A stretch of 60,262 nt of DNA, filler included, from Bipalium vagum (Eukaryota), in the NCBI GenBank assembly GCA_037834085.1. It is 3 parts of 3 records of this genome, joined end to end, with 100 filler letters (N's around TTAATTAATTAA, not from the genome) between each part and the next. Parts side by side here need not be neighbours in the genome. Positions count along the whole stretch, not along the records: positions 1 to 22,148 come from JBBMKC010226217.1; 2 more parts are not named here. The stretch is one strand, 5' to 3'. The position numbers were made by a program, and so were the translations under genes. The notes beneath the pieces were generated by a model. The model worked only from the letters and a program-made list of their open reading frames with translations, was not told where the DNA came from and made no database searches. This document shows, in pieces, positions 1-13,129 of this stretch; within the stretch, counting starts at the first letter, position 1, and each line of letters opens with the position of its first letter.

Positions 1-138
1 ATAAGCTTGTCACTCGTTGGGAGAAGTGTGTACAGTCTGGCGGATTCTATTTTGATAAATAAAACTTTGTTTAAGCTATCATGTTTTCCTTTAAAGTTAG
101 ATGTTAAAAACCGCCATTTATTTCTTTACAACCTAATA
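1..138 (+). mobile_element. mariner transposon 3' end (transposase C-terminus plus TIR), truncated by window start
   Basis: Translates KLVTRWEKCVQSGGFYFDK*, the canonical mariner C-terminus. It is followed by TIR-like ...ATTTATTTCTTTACAACCTAATA ending in TA. Confidence 0.85.
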
Positions 139-232
139 TTATATTATTATTATAGATGCAATACGATGAAATAAATACTATTGTTCCTCGGAAGACACGA
201 TATTTTTAATTACCTATGTAATTTAACCTGAC

Positions 233-427
233 TTAAATAGTGTAAGAACGTGGTTGTATTAGATGAGCAGGCAACGAACGGTCATATTGGTCTGTTGCGG
301 GATCCCAGTAACCGAAAGACCGCTGGTATTCAATATCCAAACCCGATGATGATGATAGATGAATAAACGAGAAACACGATGAAGATGGTGCCTGATGCAG
401 TTTTTCCTCGCAAGAGGTGGCTTTCAT
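233..427 (-). CDS. possible exon or short ORF, unknown product
   Basis: GC-rich island with a 64-aa ORF. No recognisable motif; strand and frame are uncertain. Confidence 0.2.
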   Translation of the reverse strand: MKATSCEEKLHQAPSSSCFSFIHLSSSSGLDIEYQRSFGYWDPATDQYDRSLPAHLIQPRSYTI

Positions 428-1073
428 ATATAAATTTTTGTTGTTGATTATATTAATATATAATAAATAATTTTTGACTCATTCTGATATTAAAGAAAGA
501 ATATATTTTTAAATAATTTCAACAAGGTAAGTTTTCAAAATCCTTCTTGATAAGAACCATATCAAATGTTTAATGGTTTTTATTTTTATTAATATTTTTA
601 TCAGTCACATTAATATTAAAAATATATAGATGACTACATATCATATAAATTTTGAAACTTGATTTTAATAATAATACTTCTAATAATAATAATGAGTTTA
701 TTTTTTCTTCGTTTTAATGATACTTGGTGTCTCTTCTTGCTATGAAGAATTAAACCAACTTCAACATTATTATTTATTATTAACTTTTTCATTTAATGTC
801 TTAAAAATAAATACTTACCCCATAATTAAAACATTCTTCATTATAATAATAATTTTTATTCACTTTGTATTTTGACTTTCATTCATATTTCTTTACGCTC
901 AAAGAATCATGATGTTCTTAAGTTAGATACCGTTAGAAGACAAAAAATTTAAATTAATTTATAAGAAAACTTTCTTATTTTAAAACATTATTTTAATCAC
1001 TTAAAATAATAAAATTAAAAATCATTTCTTTATTTTATTGATTATATGAGATATTCAATATTGAAGAATTTAG

Positions 1074-2288
1074 TTGATGCCACTTTACAGTCGACAACAT
1101 TATTTTTCTGATCACAGATCAATCAGATCAAACAAAGTACCAAATAAACAACCTTCAAACACTGAAGGAATAAATGATAATACGAAATTATTCAAACAAA
1201 ACCGAGGAAATTCTAATCAAAATAATACTTTATTTGGGGAACATAAAAAATTAAATAATCGGAATTATTTACCCGCTGATTCGTTTTGCAGGAGTCGCTG
1301 TAAATCAAATGATTATTTAATTTCAGGGGGCCATCAGAGAGATAATAAATATACAAGAAGAGACTTATATGACTTCAGTGATTCAGATCGAGACGATCGC
1401 AAACATTGCCACACGTTTAGGAAAAAATATTTACAAGGGGATTCTAGACAGTTTTCTTCTAATGACGATTTTGACATTTCAAACCGTTATGACATTGAAG
1501 TCACAAGATCTTCCGATTACTCTCAAAGACATCAATTTCGACAAGAAAAAAGTATGGGTCAAAGAAATTCATATAAAAATCCCAGTCACACAGACTATAA
1601 AAATAGTAGGTATAGAATGGATTCATCTAATGAAAGAAAAATAAATAATTTCCCTGAACGAAATCCATATTCGAAGTATTCTCCAACAGATGACCAATAT
1701 AATAGAAGCACAATAAGAGATAAAGATAACATTATTCGAAGAAATAGCTATCAAAGTTATTTAAATAATAACAAAAGTGATAAAATATCTAAACAAAATT
1801 ATAATAACTACAGGTCATTAGGTTCTCGATATGCTAACAACAATGACAATTACGCCAATAATGAAGATGGAACCCCTAATCACAAAGTATTGGCATTAAA
1901 ATCAACATATAGAAAAGATGAGAACATTCCTCATTCAGGAACCAGATTAGAAAGTAAACGAAAACAATTTAGCAAATTTTCTACAAGAAGATTGCACGAA
2001 TCTAGATTTCACGATATAAATAACGATAAAGATACGAAATACGGAAACTCGAGAACCACTAATAGATCAAACAAAGCTCTTCGATCAGAAGTAACTCAAT
2101 CTCCCAAAATTTCTGTAATCAGAAACAAATACCGAGATAAACATCCAGGACACGACAATAATTTGGACCAAAGAAAGGTTTCACAATTTCGAAAATCACG
2201 GATCTCCTCTTATAACCAAGAGAGTGATAATGACAGTTGTTTCTTCGAAAATTGTCATAATGCTAACAAGTACGTTACATACCTTTAA
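1074..2288 (+). CDS. large exon of an uncharacterised low-complexity N/R/S/D/K-rich, probably disordered protein
   Basis: 404 stop-free codons in about 70% AT sequence. There is an ATG at 1077 just after a possible TAG acceptor (1071-1073) and a good phase-2 donor AA|GTACGT at 2270. Confidence 0.7.
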   Translation: MMPLYSRQHYFSDHRSIRSNKVPNKQPSNTEGINDNTKLFKQNRGNSNQNNTLFGEHKKLNNRNYLPADSFCRSRCKSNDYLISGGHQRDNKYTRRDLYDFSDSDRDDRKHCHTFRKKYLQGDSRQFSSNDDFDISNRYDIEVTRSSDYSQRHQFRQEKSMGQRNSYKNPSHTDYKNSRYRMDSSNERKINNFPERNPYSKYSPTDDQYNRSTIRDKDNIIRRNSYQSYLNNNKSDKISKQNYNNYRSLGSRYANNNDNYANNEDGTPNHKVLALKSTYRKDENIPHSGTRLESKRKQFSKFSTRRLHESRFHDINNDKDTKYGNSRTTNRSNKALRSEVTQSPKISVIRNKYRDKHPGHDNNLDQRKVSQFRKSRISSYNQESDNDSCFFENCHNANKYVTYL

Positions 2289-2351
2289 GTGAAAATTATT
2301 ATATACATATGTATATGAAAAATAATGATTTTAAAAAGGATATTGTGATGT

Positions 2352-3556
2352 AATATATTATCACCTAAAAACCTTTTGCCATTTTATAAGTAAAAACAAA
2401 AGTTTTATAAATATAGCATATAAACTTTATTAAATCAAATATGTTCAATTTTGTTCGATAACCTTTCATCATTTATCTGGTAAATTCCAAATATTATCAT
2501 AAAAATCTGATAAAAAAACTAAAATGTACTTTTTACGGTTTTCCCTTGAAACCATTAAAATAATTCATATAGAAAGAATCACATGCTAGTCCGACAGTAA
2601 TAGGTCTGAACTATAAGATGTATGCATCAAAACTTCTCAACCAAGCTCTTTCAATTTCTGTTGAGTAATTAAAGATATTTGTGGTCGAACTTCTAATGGC
2701 ACTATGTTAGTAATGTTAGTTCTAATGTTTAGTAATTCAAGCCGGCTTTTCTTATTTTCTTGATTTCAAGTTGCAGACAATAGAATAAAGTATCAACTGT
2801 TTAATCAAGTTTCAGCAGCTCCTAAGGTCCGACTCTTTACAAATCCCAAAAAACAGAAGACATCATATTTTTTGAAGATAACCCTGGTCGAGCTTCAACC
2901 TTTTTTCAGTAAGACCTTTTCTCACATTATTATCATACGTGATCCACTTTCATATCCAGTTATCATTTTAAAAAAATGGTCGAAGTTCATTTTTTTTAAT
3001 AAAGATTCACTAAGAAAAACTTTACTGATTAAAATCTTTTCATGTAAATTATAGGACACAAAAATATCAAGCTTCTTCATTTGATAAAAAACATTTTGTT
3101 TATTTTCCATCTCTTTCCAATCTGATTGTTTCTTTGTTAACATTATATATTAAACCAAGTTCTTTACATGTTTGACTTGAACCTGTCTCTATTATTTTCT
3201 CAAATCAAAATTGTTCATGTTAACGGATCTTCTAGATTTTCATTACCAAAACGAAACTTTTCGAATCAAAAGCGAGCAGTTCGTTTTTTTACTGCACCTT
3301 CTCTAAATATCGAACAAAATTTTCGAATGGATTCTAAAGCGTAGGACTCAAGCTTCAATTCATACAGTAAGCAGAAACTAATGATTGAATTTCTATTTCC
3401 CACTAAAGACTTAATGATATTTTAAATATCAAATTACACGCTTGATTTAAAGTAATCTAATGAAACAAATTGGTCTTCTGAGGAATAAATAATAAACTAT
3501 TTAATGAAATGTCAATTTAATAAAATCGGCAATAAATTATTTGGACACCTTTATAT
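2352..3556 (-). mobile_element. decayed mariner transposon
   Basis: Ordered minus-strand motifs: RF(W)FEKFRFGNENLED (HTH), KMITGYE (ITGDE), ELG*EVLMHTSYSSDL (YSPDL) and KVIEQN C-terminus. Weak TIR pair at the ends. Confidence 0.85.
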
Positions 3557-3659
3557 ATAGTTTATTTATTATTATATATCTTCAATTTACAAATTTCTAA
3601 AAACAGAAATTTTGAAAATTAATGTAGGTGTTTATTTTTTTAATAAGTCGATGTTATGA

Positions 3660-3997
3660 AACCTAATTAGAGAAAATTCAAATTTTAATAATGATTTCCA
3701 TCGAAAGAGTGTAAATTGTTTTACTAATAGCTAAAGAGTCATAAGTCATATAGTCATGCAGAATTTTAAAGACTTGAAATGGACAGATATTTAAAAGAAA
3801 ACCCAAAGATACCAAGACCTGAAAGATATTATTCAAATGAGGTGTCAAAATGTTATGAAAGATTTTTATAATTGCTTCCATAAGTGTATTGGTCATTCTG
3901 TAGAAAAATAATACATTTTAATAAATAAATGTTACTATAAAAATGTATTACGGTTTTACATTTTAAAATCGGATACTTATTTTATACAGACCCTGTA
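3660..3997 (+). mobile_element. Tc1/mariner-superfamily (rosa/maT-like) 3' end with TIR
   Basis: KPKD..DLKDII C-terminal helix. The end ...GGATACTTATTTTATACAGACCCTGTA and about 100 bp of subterminal sequence recur inverted at 29743-29910. Confidence 0.6.
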
Positions 3998-4299
3998 AAA
4001 TAGATAAATTAAAATAATAAGTATAAATGATAAAATCTTAAAATATAATAAAACATCTGAATGTTTTTTATCTAAGATTTACAATTATATACCGAAGTCA
4101 TTCATTCACGTGACAATAATTCAAAATTTTTTTAATATATTATTTATAAATATAATTTTGAAACATATTAAACCAACAGATCTCTCAAGAGGTTTTTATA
4201 AAGAAAGAAATAATGGATATATGCGATAAATGAGCAAGATCTTTGTCAATATTTTTTCTAGTTAACAAAACCGAGATCTTTGATTGAAATACTTTGTTT

Positions 4300-4620
4300 A
4301 ATTGACAGACAGTAGATCCTATTTCGTTGTTTTTCAACATGCAAACTGGCATAAATAATGAATACTACAGGATTCATTGCAGTGGATTTTGCATAGCATT
4401 ATCCTTTTCTGTCCAGTTATAAAATGTTTATCAAACTGAATTGTGGAAGGTGATTCAATGTCCTGGGTTCTGTTATACTAAAAATGTCACCAGATTCCAG
4501 TGAGGTCTGAATAATGATGAGATTTCTTCACAAGTAGTAGAATAGGATAAAAAACTGTTCTTGTCATGGCACCATTGCAGTTGATTACCGATAACTGACA
4601 GATTTTTTGTGAAGCAAAAA
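4300..4620 (-). mobile_element. possible non-LTR retrotransposon AP-endonuclease N-terminal relic
   Basis: Frameshifted (I)NCNG ... LIIIQ..HW resembles the APE motifs NxNG and DIIxxQETH. Confidence 0.3.
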
Positions 4621-5399
4621 ACAGCTTCAAGATTCTGGTTTCCATTAATGTTTGTCGCAGTATTGGTAGTTTAGTAATTTACTTTGTATTTGTAAAGAAA
4701 CTGTGTTTAGTAAGATGTGTATGGTAGTGTAAAACTTCGGATTAAGTATAATGAAGGAAAATAATCAGGAAGGGGTTGGTTGATGAGGTGAACTTGAAAA
4801 TAATAAAACAATTCTATTAGATTCTTGACATTTTGATGGAGGTGCCAATCAATCTAACATTTCAATAGTTCAAGGATTTTCGGAAGATAATCCGAAAAGA
4901 TCTTCATATTTCACACGTTAGCTGGAGAGAATTATCACTTTAATTTATAAAAATACAAATTTCTTTCATATATGCACTGATAAACTTTTTCAATCTTAAA
5001 ATGTTCTTATTAAGTTGAAAATATTGTTCATTATTTGTTAAATTTGTTTTATATGGAATATATTAGTTTTAATTGAAAAAGAATCATTAGAAAAGGATTA
5101 ACATTTTAATTATTTAACCAATTAATTTAATATTCTACTGACAAAGTTTCTATCCTATTCCCAGCTCAATGCCATAAACAATTTAATTAAATTTATTAAT
5201 TCTTACAATACAATAATGAATTTTAATGGATTTAATTTCTTCTTACAGATCCATCCAGTAAACCTTTTTGAAAAGATAAAATTTTCTTGCTATTTATTAA
5301 CCTATAAAAATTTTAAATTAATGTTAACATATTTAAAATTTCATGATAGGAAATATTAATAAAATAAATAAATATTCCTTTAATTCATTTTTATATTAG

Positions 5400-5503
5400 G
5401 TCATTCTGAAAGTAATATGGATTTAGACAAAAAATTCAAACAGTTTTTAGAACTTTTATTTAACAAAATATTCTCCTCTCTGTTTCATTACTTTTCGCTA
5501 TCG
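5400..5503 (+). CDS. candidate internal exon
   Basis: tattag acceptor, open frame HSESNMDLDKKFKQFLELLFNKIFSSLFHYFSLS, and gtgagg donor. Confidence 0.25.
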
Positions 5504-5958
5504 GTGAGGTAGTTTAAAAACCTTTAACCTTTTTTTCACTTAAACTGATTTTATCAGATTTTTTATTCTTTTGGGGAGAAAAGTTTCGATATCTGTTTTA
5601 TTAAAATTCTTTAAAGATTATTTTCCTAATTATTGAATTCAAAGATTCATCTTCAGATTTCAGTTAATTATTCTAAATTCAATTAAATATATATATTATA
5701 AATATATATATATTTATTAAAAAAAAGTTTACTTAGATTAATGGTTTACTTATGAAGTTGTCATTGCGGCTAACATTCTCGCGAATAATTATGGAATGCT
5801 TGAAAAGAAAGATCGAAAATTAACAAGGAAAATAGAAAAAGAATTATTTATAAGAGATATGTTGATGTCTTCTAAATTTTCGAAAAGAAGAGACTTTGAT
5901 TTTTAAAACAAATAAAATTTAATATTGGTCTAAAAAATAAAAAGTTATCATTTTATAT

Positions 5959-5961
<3 letters not shown>

Positions 5962-6000
<39 letters not shown>

Positions 6001-6002
6001 TA

Positions 6003-6035
<33 letters not shown>
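5962..6035. repeat. (ATT)n microsatellite
   Basis: Interrupted ATT tandem array seen directly. Confidence 0.95.
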
Positions 6036-6049
6036 GTTAAAAAGAGAAA

Positions 6050-6992
6050 TGGATTAAGATATTAAAAACTCAGAAAAGAATAGATCTGTGTACAATCAAT
6101 TCAACGAAATTAAAATTAGCACTTCGACTATCAAAGTAGACTGAAGCAAGTTGGCTTATATGGACTTGTAGCTGCTCGTAAACCGTTATTAAGAACAGTT
6201 AACAAGATAAAAAGATTAAACTAAGCTAGAATACATGAGCAATGGTCAATTGAACAATGAAAAAAATGTGCTATGGACAGATGAATACAAATTCAAACTT
6301 TTTGGTTCGAAACGATGTGTTTTTGTTCGAAGATATTCGGGAAAAAGATATTCAGACGAATGTTTGGTGCCAACTATAAAACATGGAGGTGACTCTGTCA
6401 CTGTATGGAAATGCTTTGATGGAGAAAATGTTGGGTTTATACACATAATTGAAATAATGAGGAGAGAAATTTAAAAAGACATTTTGGAACGAAAAGTACA
6501 ATCCATATGTTTTATTCATGATAATGATCCTAAACATACCAAGAAAATTTGCAAACGCTATTTATAAGATCTTAAAGTCAAAAAATACTAGAAATAATGG
6601 AATGGCCGCCACAGTCACAAGATCTTAATCTGATCGAATTGTTATGGGAAGAACTTGACAGAAATGTGCGAGAAGAGCAGTCATCTTATTTAGAAAACCT
6701 TTGGCACATATTGCAAGTAAAATGGAATGCAATACCCCACGAAACATTGCGTAAATTAATTTCTCGTATGCCAAAGGTCTGTGCCACTGTCATAAATAAA
6801 AAGAAGGATATTTTGACGAATCAACAATTTAAATATAAGCCTATTGTGATTAAAAATTTGTAATAAAAAATGTTTAATATTTATTAATTTCTGTATACAC
6901 ATATATTTAGCACAAATTATATTTGAAATAGTTTACTTATTCAGCAATATAAAATAAATTGTACCTGCCTCAAGTTTTCTGTCAGAATTGTA
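6050..6992 (+). mobile_element. decayed Tc1 (DD34E) transposon, 5'-truncated
   Basis: Motifs ARKPLL, VLWTDEYKF, PTIKHGGDSVTVW, HDNDPKH, MEWPPQSQDLNLIE and LISRMPKVC. TIR-like end near 6965-6992. Confidence 0.9.
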
Positions 6993-7347
6993 TATAGGAA
7001 AGAAAATGATAGATTGCTATAAACTTCCAATAATAGTTTCTGGGAAGAGAAATATAGTTTGATTAAAAAATAATCTGTAGAGAATGGTAGATAACATCAT
7101 ACTATAAGCAAATAGATATGGAACAAGGTATTATTTAAGAAAGACATAAAAAGGATTACCAAAGCTACACTTAACAAATTTAGTAATGATAAGATATAGC
7201 AAAAATAATTCAAATATCAAAGAAATTAAAAATGTAGAATGTAAAAAAATATTAAGACACCATTTTCAAAAAGAATTAGAACTTTCAACAAATTAGTAGG
7301 TAAAGAAGATTTAAAAATAACATTAAGAGGCGAAGAATAAAATAAGA

Positions 7348-7348
7348 A

Positions 7349-7406
<58 letters not shown>
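7348..7406. repeat. (AAT)n microsatellite
   Basis: About 19 perfect AAT units. Confidence 0.95.
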
Positions 7407-7409
<3 letters not shown>

Positions 7410-9510
7410 CAGTTAAAGAAAATTTATGAATTATAATATGTATTACAGAAATATTAATTTTTTTAATATAACCAATTTTAAGAAAACAGGAAATCGATAT
7501 AAAAAACTGGGAAGCGTATAAATCAGTATAATATTATTGTTTTTCATTTTAATCAAAGATGATAATTTTAATCAATACTAATTTTGTATTTTAATTTAAT
7601 CTTTATTAAAAAACTAATTTCTTTAAATATATATGTTCATTAATTGAATTAAAAATATAAAATAATTATTTCTGTCTTTTGAATTATCTTTTGGTCATTA
7701 TTAATCAAAGAGAAATTTTTGACAGATCCAGTCAAAATAAAGCATTATTATAGTGATTATATTTTTCATTGTAATATTTGTAATAACACTGTATTTCTAA
7801 ATCATTGGGTTCATTTTTTATAATAATCAATGTTTAATAATATTTTCATTTTAAAATTTCATTTTTCCTTTATTCAATAATCGGACTGAGGTCGTCGTTG
7901 AAGATTTTAGAAAAAAGTCTTTCAATTAATAAGTAAAATTTATTTCATTGAAAACAAAAATAATAAAGCTTTTTTTATTTGTCTACACAGGTTTAACAAA
8001 ATCCCAATTTTGTTCTCAAAGTTATTTTAAAATTGTTGTTAGACGATTTAAACATGAAATATTGATATTTTTATCGATTAAAAATATTTCAAAATATTTC
8101 TTTCAATAGATAAATTAAAAATTCCAATTTCAAATAATAATATTATTATTATGGTGAACTAAATTTAATATTGAAATATTTTCGAAATATTTACAAATAT
8201 GAAGAATGTTAAGTATATTTTTATTTAAATAATAATTTTTTTACATATAGAAAAAATTAAATAATTTATAAGAAAAACAAAAAAAAAATAAATATATTTT
8301 ATTTCATTTTTGGTTTGTTTCATATTATATTATCATAAATCAATTTTACAAGGAAATATGCAGACATTAAATAATTAAATATTAGCTAACATTTCTTTGA
8401 ATAGAACCCAGTCAGAATAATGAAAAATTTCTAAAATTAATTGAAGTTATAATTTACAGAAAATTTAGCCATATTTCATCATAAAAAACATTAAAAATAA
8501 AAATAATGAAAATAGATGAAAATGAAAGAAAAATTTTCTATATTAACAAAACAAAATATTAAATTCTGATAAATTAAACAAACATTTGTAAATTTGTGGA
8601 TTAGTTAATACAGTAGAAAATATTAATTGAAACTATTATTGATTTATTGAGACAAAAGATTCTAATAATCTGTGAGTCACGGGTTTGAATATATCGATTG
8701 TTTTAGCTTGAAAAATTCAATTTAAATATAAAATTAAAATATTTTTTTAAGAAAAATATTTAAAATCTTAAATAACATCATTTTCATAAATGCAATATTG
8801 TTGTAGAGTGGAGTCTTTTGTTTATGAAAACTAAATGATTGTATGAATATTTATTATTATAATTTAAATAAAATTGAAAAATAAATATAATATAATAGAA
8901 AATCAAAAGAGAAATGCGTTTAAATATTTTTAATATATTCAAATAAATAAAATAATAATTATAATATCATTTTTTAATTAAAATAAATTAATTTGATTTT
9001 ATTATTTATATCATTCAAATATTACAATTTTTTTTGTTAAAAATTTATAAATCTAAATTTATTTTATACATTAATTTAAAATTAATTTAGATTTTAGAAA
9101 TATTATATTAAAAAATTTACGTTTAAAATAAATATGTTAGACAAAATTCTCATAATAATCACATTTCACAAGATCGCCCGCTATTATCAATTTTAATTAA
9201 ATTAAATTAAATTTCTTATTTATTTTCCACATAATGATTCATGTTCTTTTATTTGATTTGTATAAGTATTTTTATTAAAAAAAATAATATTTTTAAAATT
9301 TTATGTTTTAAATTATAATGCCTAAAAATCATTTTTATTAAAGATAAAAACAAATTTGTGAATGTTAAGAAATTTATTTATCCAATGTATACTTTTCAAA
9401 AGATAGCATTTCTTTTCAAGTTGTATTTAGTATACTCATTATCATAATTTATAAATGAATGATTTTTGAACAATTATTATTAATAATTAAATAAAAACCA
9501 TAAAATTCAG

Positions 9511-9763
9511 TGATAATACAGCACGAAGATGTGTAGAGTTAAGAAAATTGAACGATGATTACAAGACCTCTGCTTCGGATGATCATAGCTCCTCAAGTTT
9601 GGATCCCACCCAAGGAAATCCGGCTGAGAAGACAGATAAATCAATATTCTCACAAAAATTTAACTCAAATTATAAATCCTTAAATTCCGCAGCAAATAAA
9701 TCAAACAATCACATCCATCATCAAAACTACAAAAGGTTATCAAATTACAAAACTATCAGTTAA
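9511..9763 (+). CDS. candidate exon, S/N/K-rich, possibly a downstream exon of the 1074 gene
   Basis: aaattcag acceptor at 9510 opens a phase-2 frame DNTARRCVELRKLNDDYKTSAS... of 84 codons. Composition is similar to the 404-aa ORF. Confidence 0.45.
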
Positions 9764-10334
9764 GTTCAAAGATGTTTCGAAAAGGCTGTAGACGCAGACA
9801 AGGCAAAATGCTGATTAACAATTTCACAAATTTATTGGAATATATTTCTTTAAAATTATTTTTTCATATCAATGATTACATTCTTTTATTGTCAATAAAA
9901 ATTTCCATTTATTACATTAAATATGGTATGAATAATATAATAAAATTTGATTGTTGAAAGTATCACTATTTCTCAAATATAAACCGACAAAATTCAAGAC
10001 AAGTTTTTGATCAATTTTTAAAATATTTATTTTAAAAAGATACAGAAAAAGTTTATTAAAAGAAAATCTTCTTAAAGATTTAAAAATAGTTCTATTTGTG
10101 TCGAGACCCCCAACTTTTTAACGTAATCCGGAAAAGCGAAAAAATCTAAACAGAAGAAAAAGCAACAAAATCAACAATCAAGCATCATTGATTTGACAAA
10201 AGACTAATTCATTGTGATCAAAATACATTTTCGTTTTTATAACTCATAAACCCTTCTGGTCATAGTTATTTTGTTAAGTTACCTGAAGTCCCTAAATCGA
10301 TTTTCTTAACTCAAACATTTCATTCAACTTAACT

Positions 10335-11230
10335 TTTTTAGGAAGTTACCAAGAGAGAAAGTGTTTTATTTAAAAATATTATCCATGACAAGCAGCACAT
10401 TTCTGATAACGCAAAATAAGTCTATTTATTCAAATGGTGTATAAATCCGATCTTCTGGAATCGATAAACTCACAGAAGGCATTCTGAACCGCACTGTTGT
10501 TGTGGAAGATTTTTTCTGTATAAGGTAATAAAAAGAGAATAAGAAATGACAGATCGATCAATATACTGGAAGAGGAAAACTTTTAAATCCCAAATCGTTC
10601 AGCTTCTACAGAGATTGTTTTGCAAAGGTGTGAACGGGAATTTTCGTGAGAGATTATTAAAGGTTTTCTATTTCCATTTTTGGTGCATATCGTCCACTTC
10701 TTAAAAAATTCTTTCTTGATTTCAGAAACCGTAGTGAATCAGACTGACCGTGGACTACCAAACAGATTCCATAGTTTTTTTTATGCAATCTCGGCTTTGC
10801 GAACTGATGTTAAGTTTCGCCAATATGCAGCCACTATGATGTCCGCTGAGGGTTGTGGTATACATTCCATTTTTCATTGTAGGGCACAATTCAATGAATA
10901 AATGTGTGCTTGTAAGTACGCAACAAAAGCGCGGAACATATTTCATAGCGAAGAATTTTCAGAAAATCGTTTAATTCATAAGACACCAATTTACATAGTT
11001 TTGATACTTTCCCAAGATGGCTTAGAATTGTTGAATAACTATTCCCCAGGGTTTTGGCAAACTCCTTAACCATTGTACGAAGAACTGGTCTGACAAAGAC
11101 CTTTAGCTCATCATTCCCAAATGCCGAAGGATGTCAATGATCTGCATCACTTTTCGGGCCCTCATCGATACCTAAGTGTTTTGTACAAGTTTTGCACGGT
11201 CTGTTGTTTTGCTGTACCCTTAACTAGAGT
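10335..11230 (-). mobile_element. decayed mariner transposon
   Basis: EFAKTLGNSYSTILSHLGKVSKLCKLVSYEL (WVPHEL region), MKNG (DEKW region) and the C-terminal QKCAACHG.YF. Confidence 0.85.
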
Positions 11231-11429
11231 TTAGTAGTTATAGTTATAAAAATAATCTAAAGTTAAAATATTCTACAATATTTAAAATTTTGTAAAAATA
11301 CAGTATCAGGCCATTGAAATAAAACAAACAAAAAATATCGTTTTTAATCGCAAATTCAATCTAAAATGATTATTTTTACGTAATTCATTATTAAATACAA
11401 GAATAATGATTTATTAAATTGAAAACACT

Positions 11430-11705
11430 AAAAACATGTTATACATATCTATTGCACAAAAGAAATTAATATTTGGTCCATATTCCTTTATTTTTAAGAA
11501 GTAGCTGCATGCTTTTGAATTTATGGCTGTCTGTTGAACATTTTTGTTCTTATGTCACAAATACTTTATTTTCTCGATCATTTCAAATTTCTAGTCACTT
11601 TATATAGAGCGAGCTAATCTTTCAAAGCCTTCCAAACATTCTCTATCGGATTCATGTCAGGAGAATTACCGGGCCAGTCCAAAAGTGGTATTTTTTCTGC
11701 ATTGA
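11430..11705 (-). mobile_element. Tc1 transposase C-terminal fragment
   Basis: KIPLLDWPGNSPDMNPIENVWK followed by ...NKGIWTKY*. Confidence 0.85.
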
Positions 11706-13129
11706 TATATACCAAAAATACTTATTTAATAATTAATAATTAGATCTGATACTAATATTATTAGAATAATTCAATTCCTGACAATATGAAGTTTTACTCT
11801 TTCCCTGTTTGTTTATCGTGATTTCTTATTCAGAAACATTTTTATCTTCACTATCAAAATCTGACCAAATATATTTTTGAGGTTTTTTTTATAAATTAAA
11901 AATTCTAAATGTGTACAATAGAATGTCTCAGTAATTTCTTATCCTGGTATTAGTGTTTTTCATTTCAGTAAAACAAAATATCTCCAGACATAATACGAAT
12001 TGAAAGAAAGAAAGAAATAAGATATGGGTATACTAGACAATTATTTTCTCTACGATACAGACCTGACGAAAGGTCTTGTGATGATTTTTTTTTGTTATAC
12101 TAAAGTGAAACAAGTAAGAAATCTTTAAACGCAGAATTCTTTGATATGTCGAAAAACGACCAAATGCAGTTGACAGTTTCTCAATATGAAACCTACAGGA
12201 ATTCTTTTCAGCTCAACATCATAAGTTTTAAACAATTCAAGAAAAGATCAAATAGTTGATATGTAACAGACAGGATCAATTTTACTTTTTGAAAATATCG
12301 ATTTAAAGATACCTCAAGTCTCTGACATATAAAGGGCACGGAATCTGAATATTAGATGCAGCTTTTGCTCATAGATTATTCATTATAAATGAGTTAAATA
12401 ATAAAAATATTAAAATCAATTTGAAATATAAATAAATAATATATTACAAACGAGATTTGGTGATATGATTTAACTTTATTTTTCCTTAACATATTTCATT
12501 CACCATCTCATAAAGGATAATCTCCGCTCAGACATTATTTAAATCGCATATTTCAAAATATGGTAACGATTTTTTTAATAAAAATATTTTGTTTTCTTTT
12601 AATTTTTTTTATATTAAAAATATCAGTAACCAATTATTTATGAATATGATTTTCAAAGTTAATTATATACAGTGAAAAGAGAATTATAAAAACTGGAAAA
12701 TTTTCAACAATTTCGAATATTGTTTTTTTAGATTTATCTTCTAACCTTCAAAAATTGATTTAATTTATATTTTATATTAAAAAAAGTAAATAAATCAAAT
12801 AAAAATAGATTTTTTTAATTCATGTAATATAAAAATCTGTTTTATAAATTTTTTAATAACTTAAAATTTCAATTAAAAAAATAATTTATTTATTTATTAA
12901 GATTTAATTTTCAATAAATAATTAAACATCTTATTTTAAAAAATGGCAGACAATTATTATTGAATTTATTAAACAAACCAAAAAAATAGTCTCAATTCTT
13001 ATGACTAGAGGATTTAAATAAAATTTATTAATAATTTAAACAAAATGAATAAATTAGAATTGTTTTTTTCGTTTATTATTAAGTTTTTATTAAGTATTTG
13101 TTAAGTTTTTTCATATACATTTTTAGTGA

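Noticed and set aside
7010-7345. Possible LINE 3' end with a Cys/His knuckle before the AAT array
   Set aside because: Too degenerate to support.
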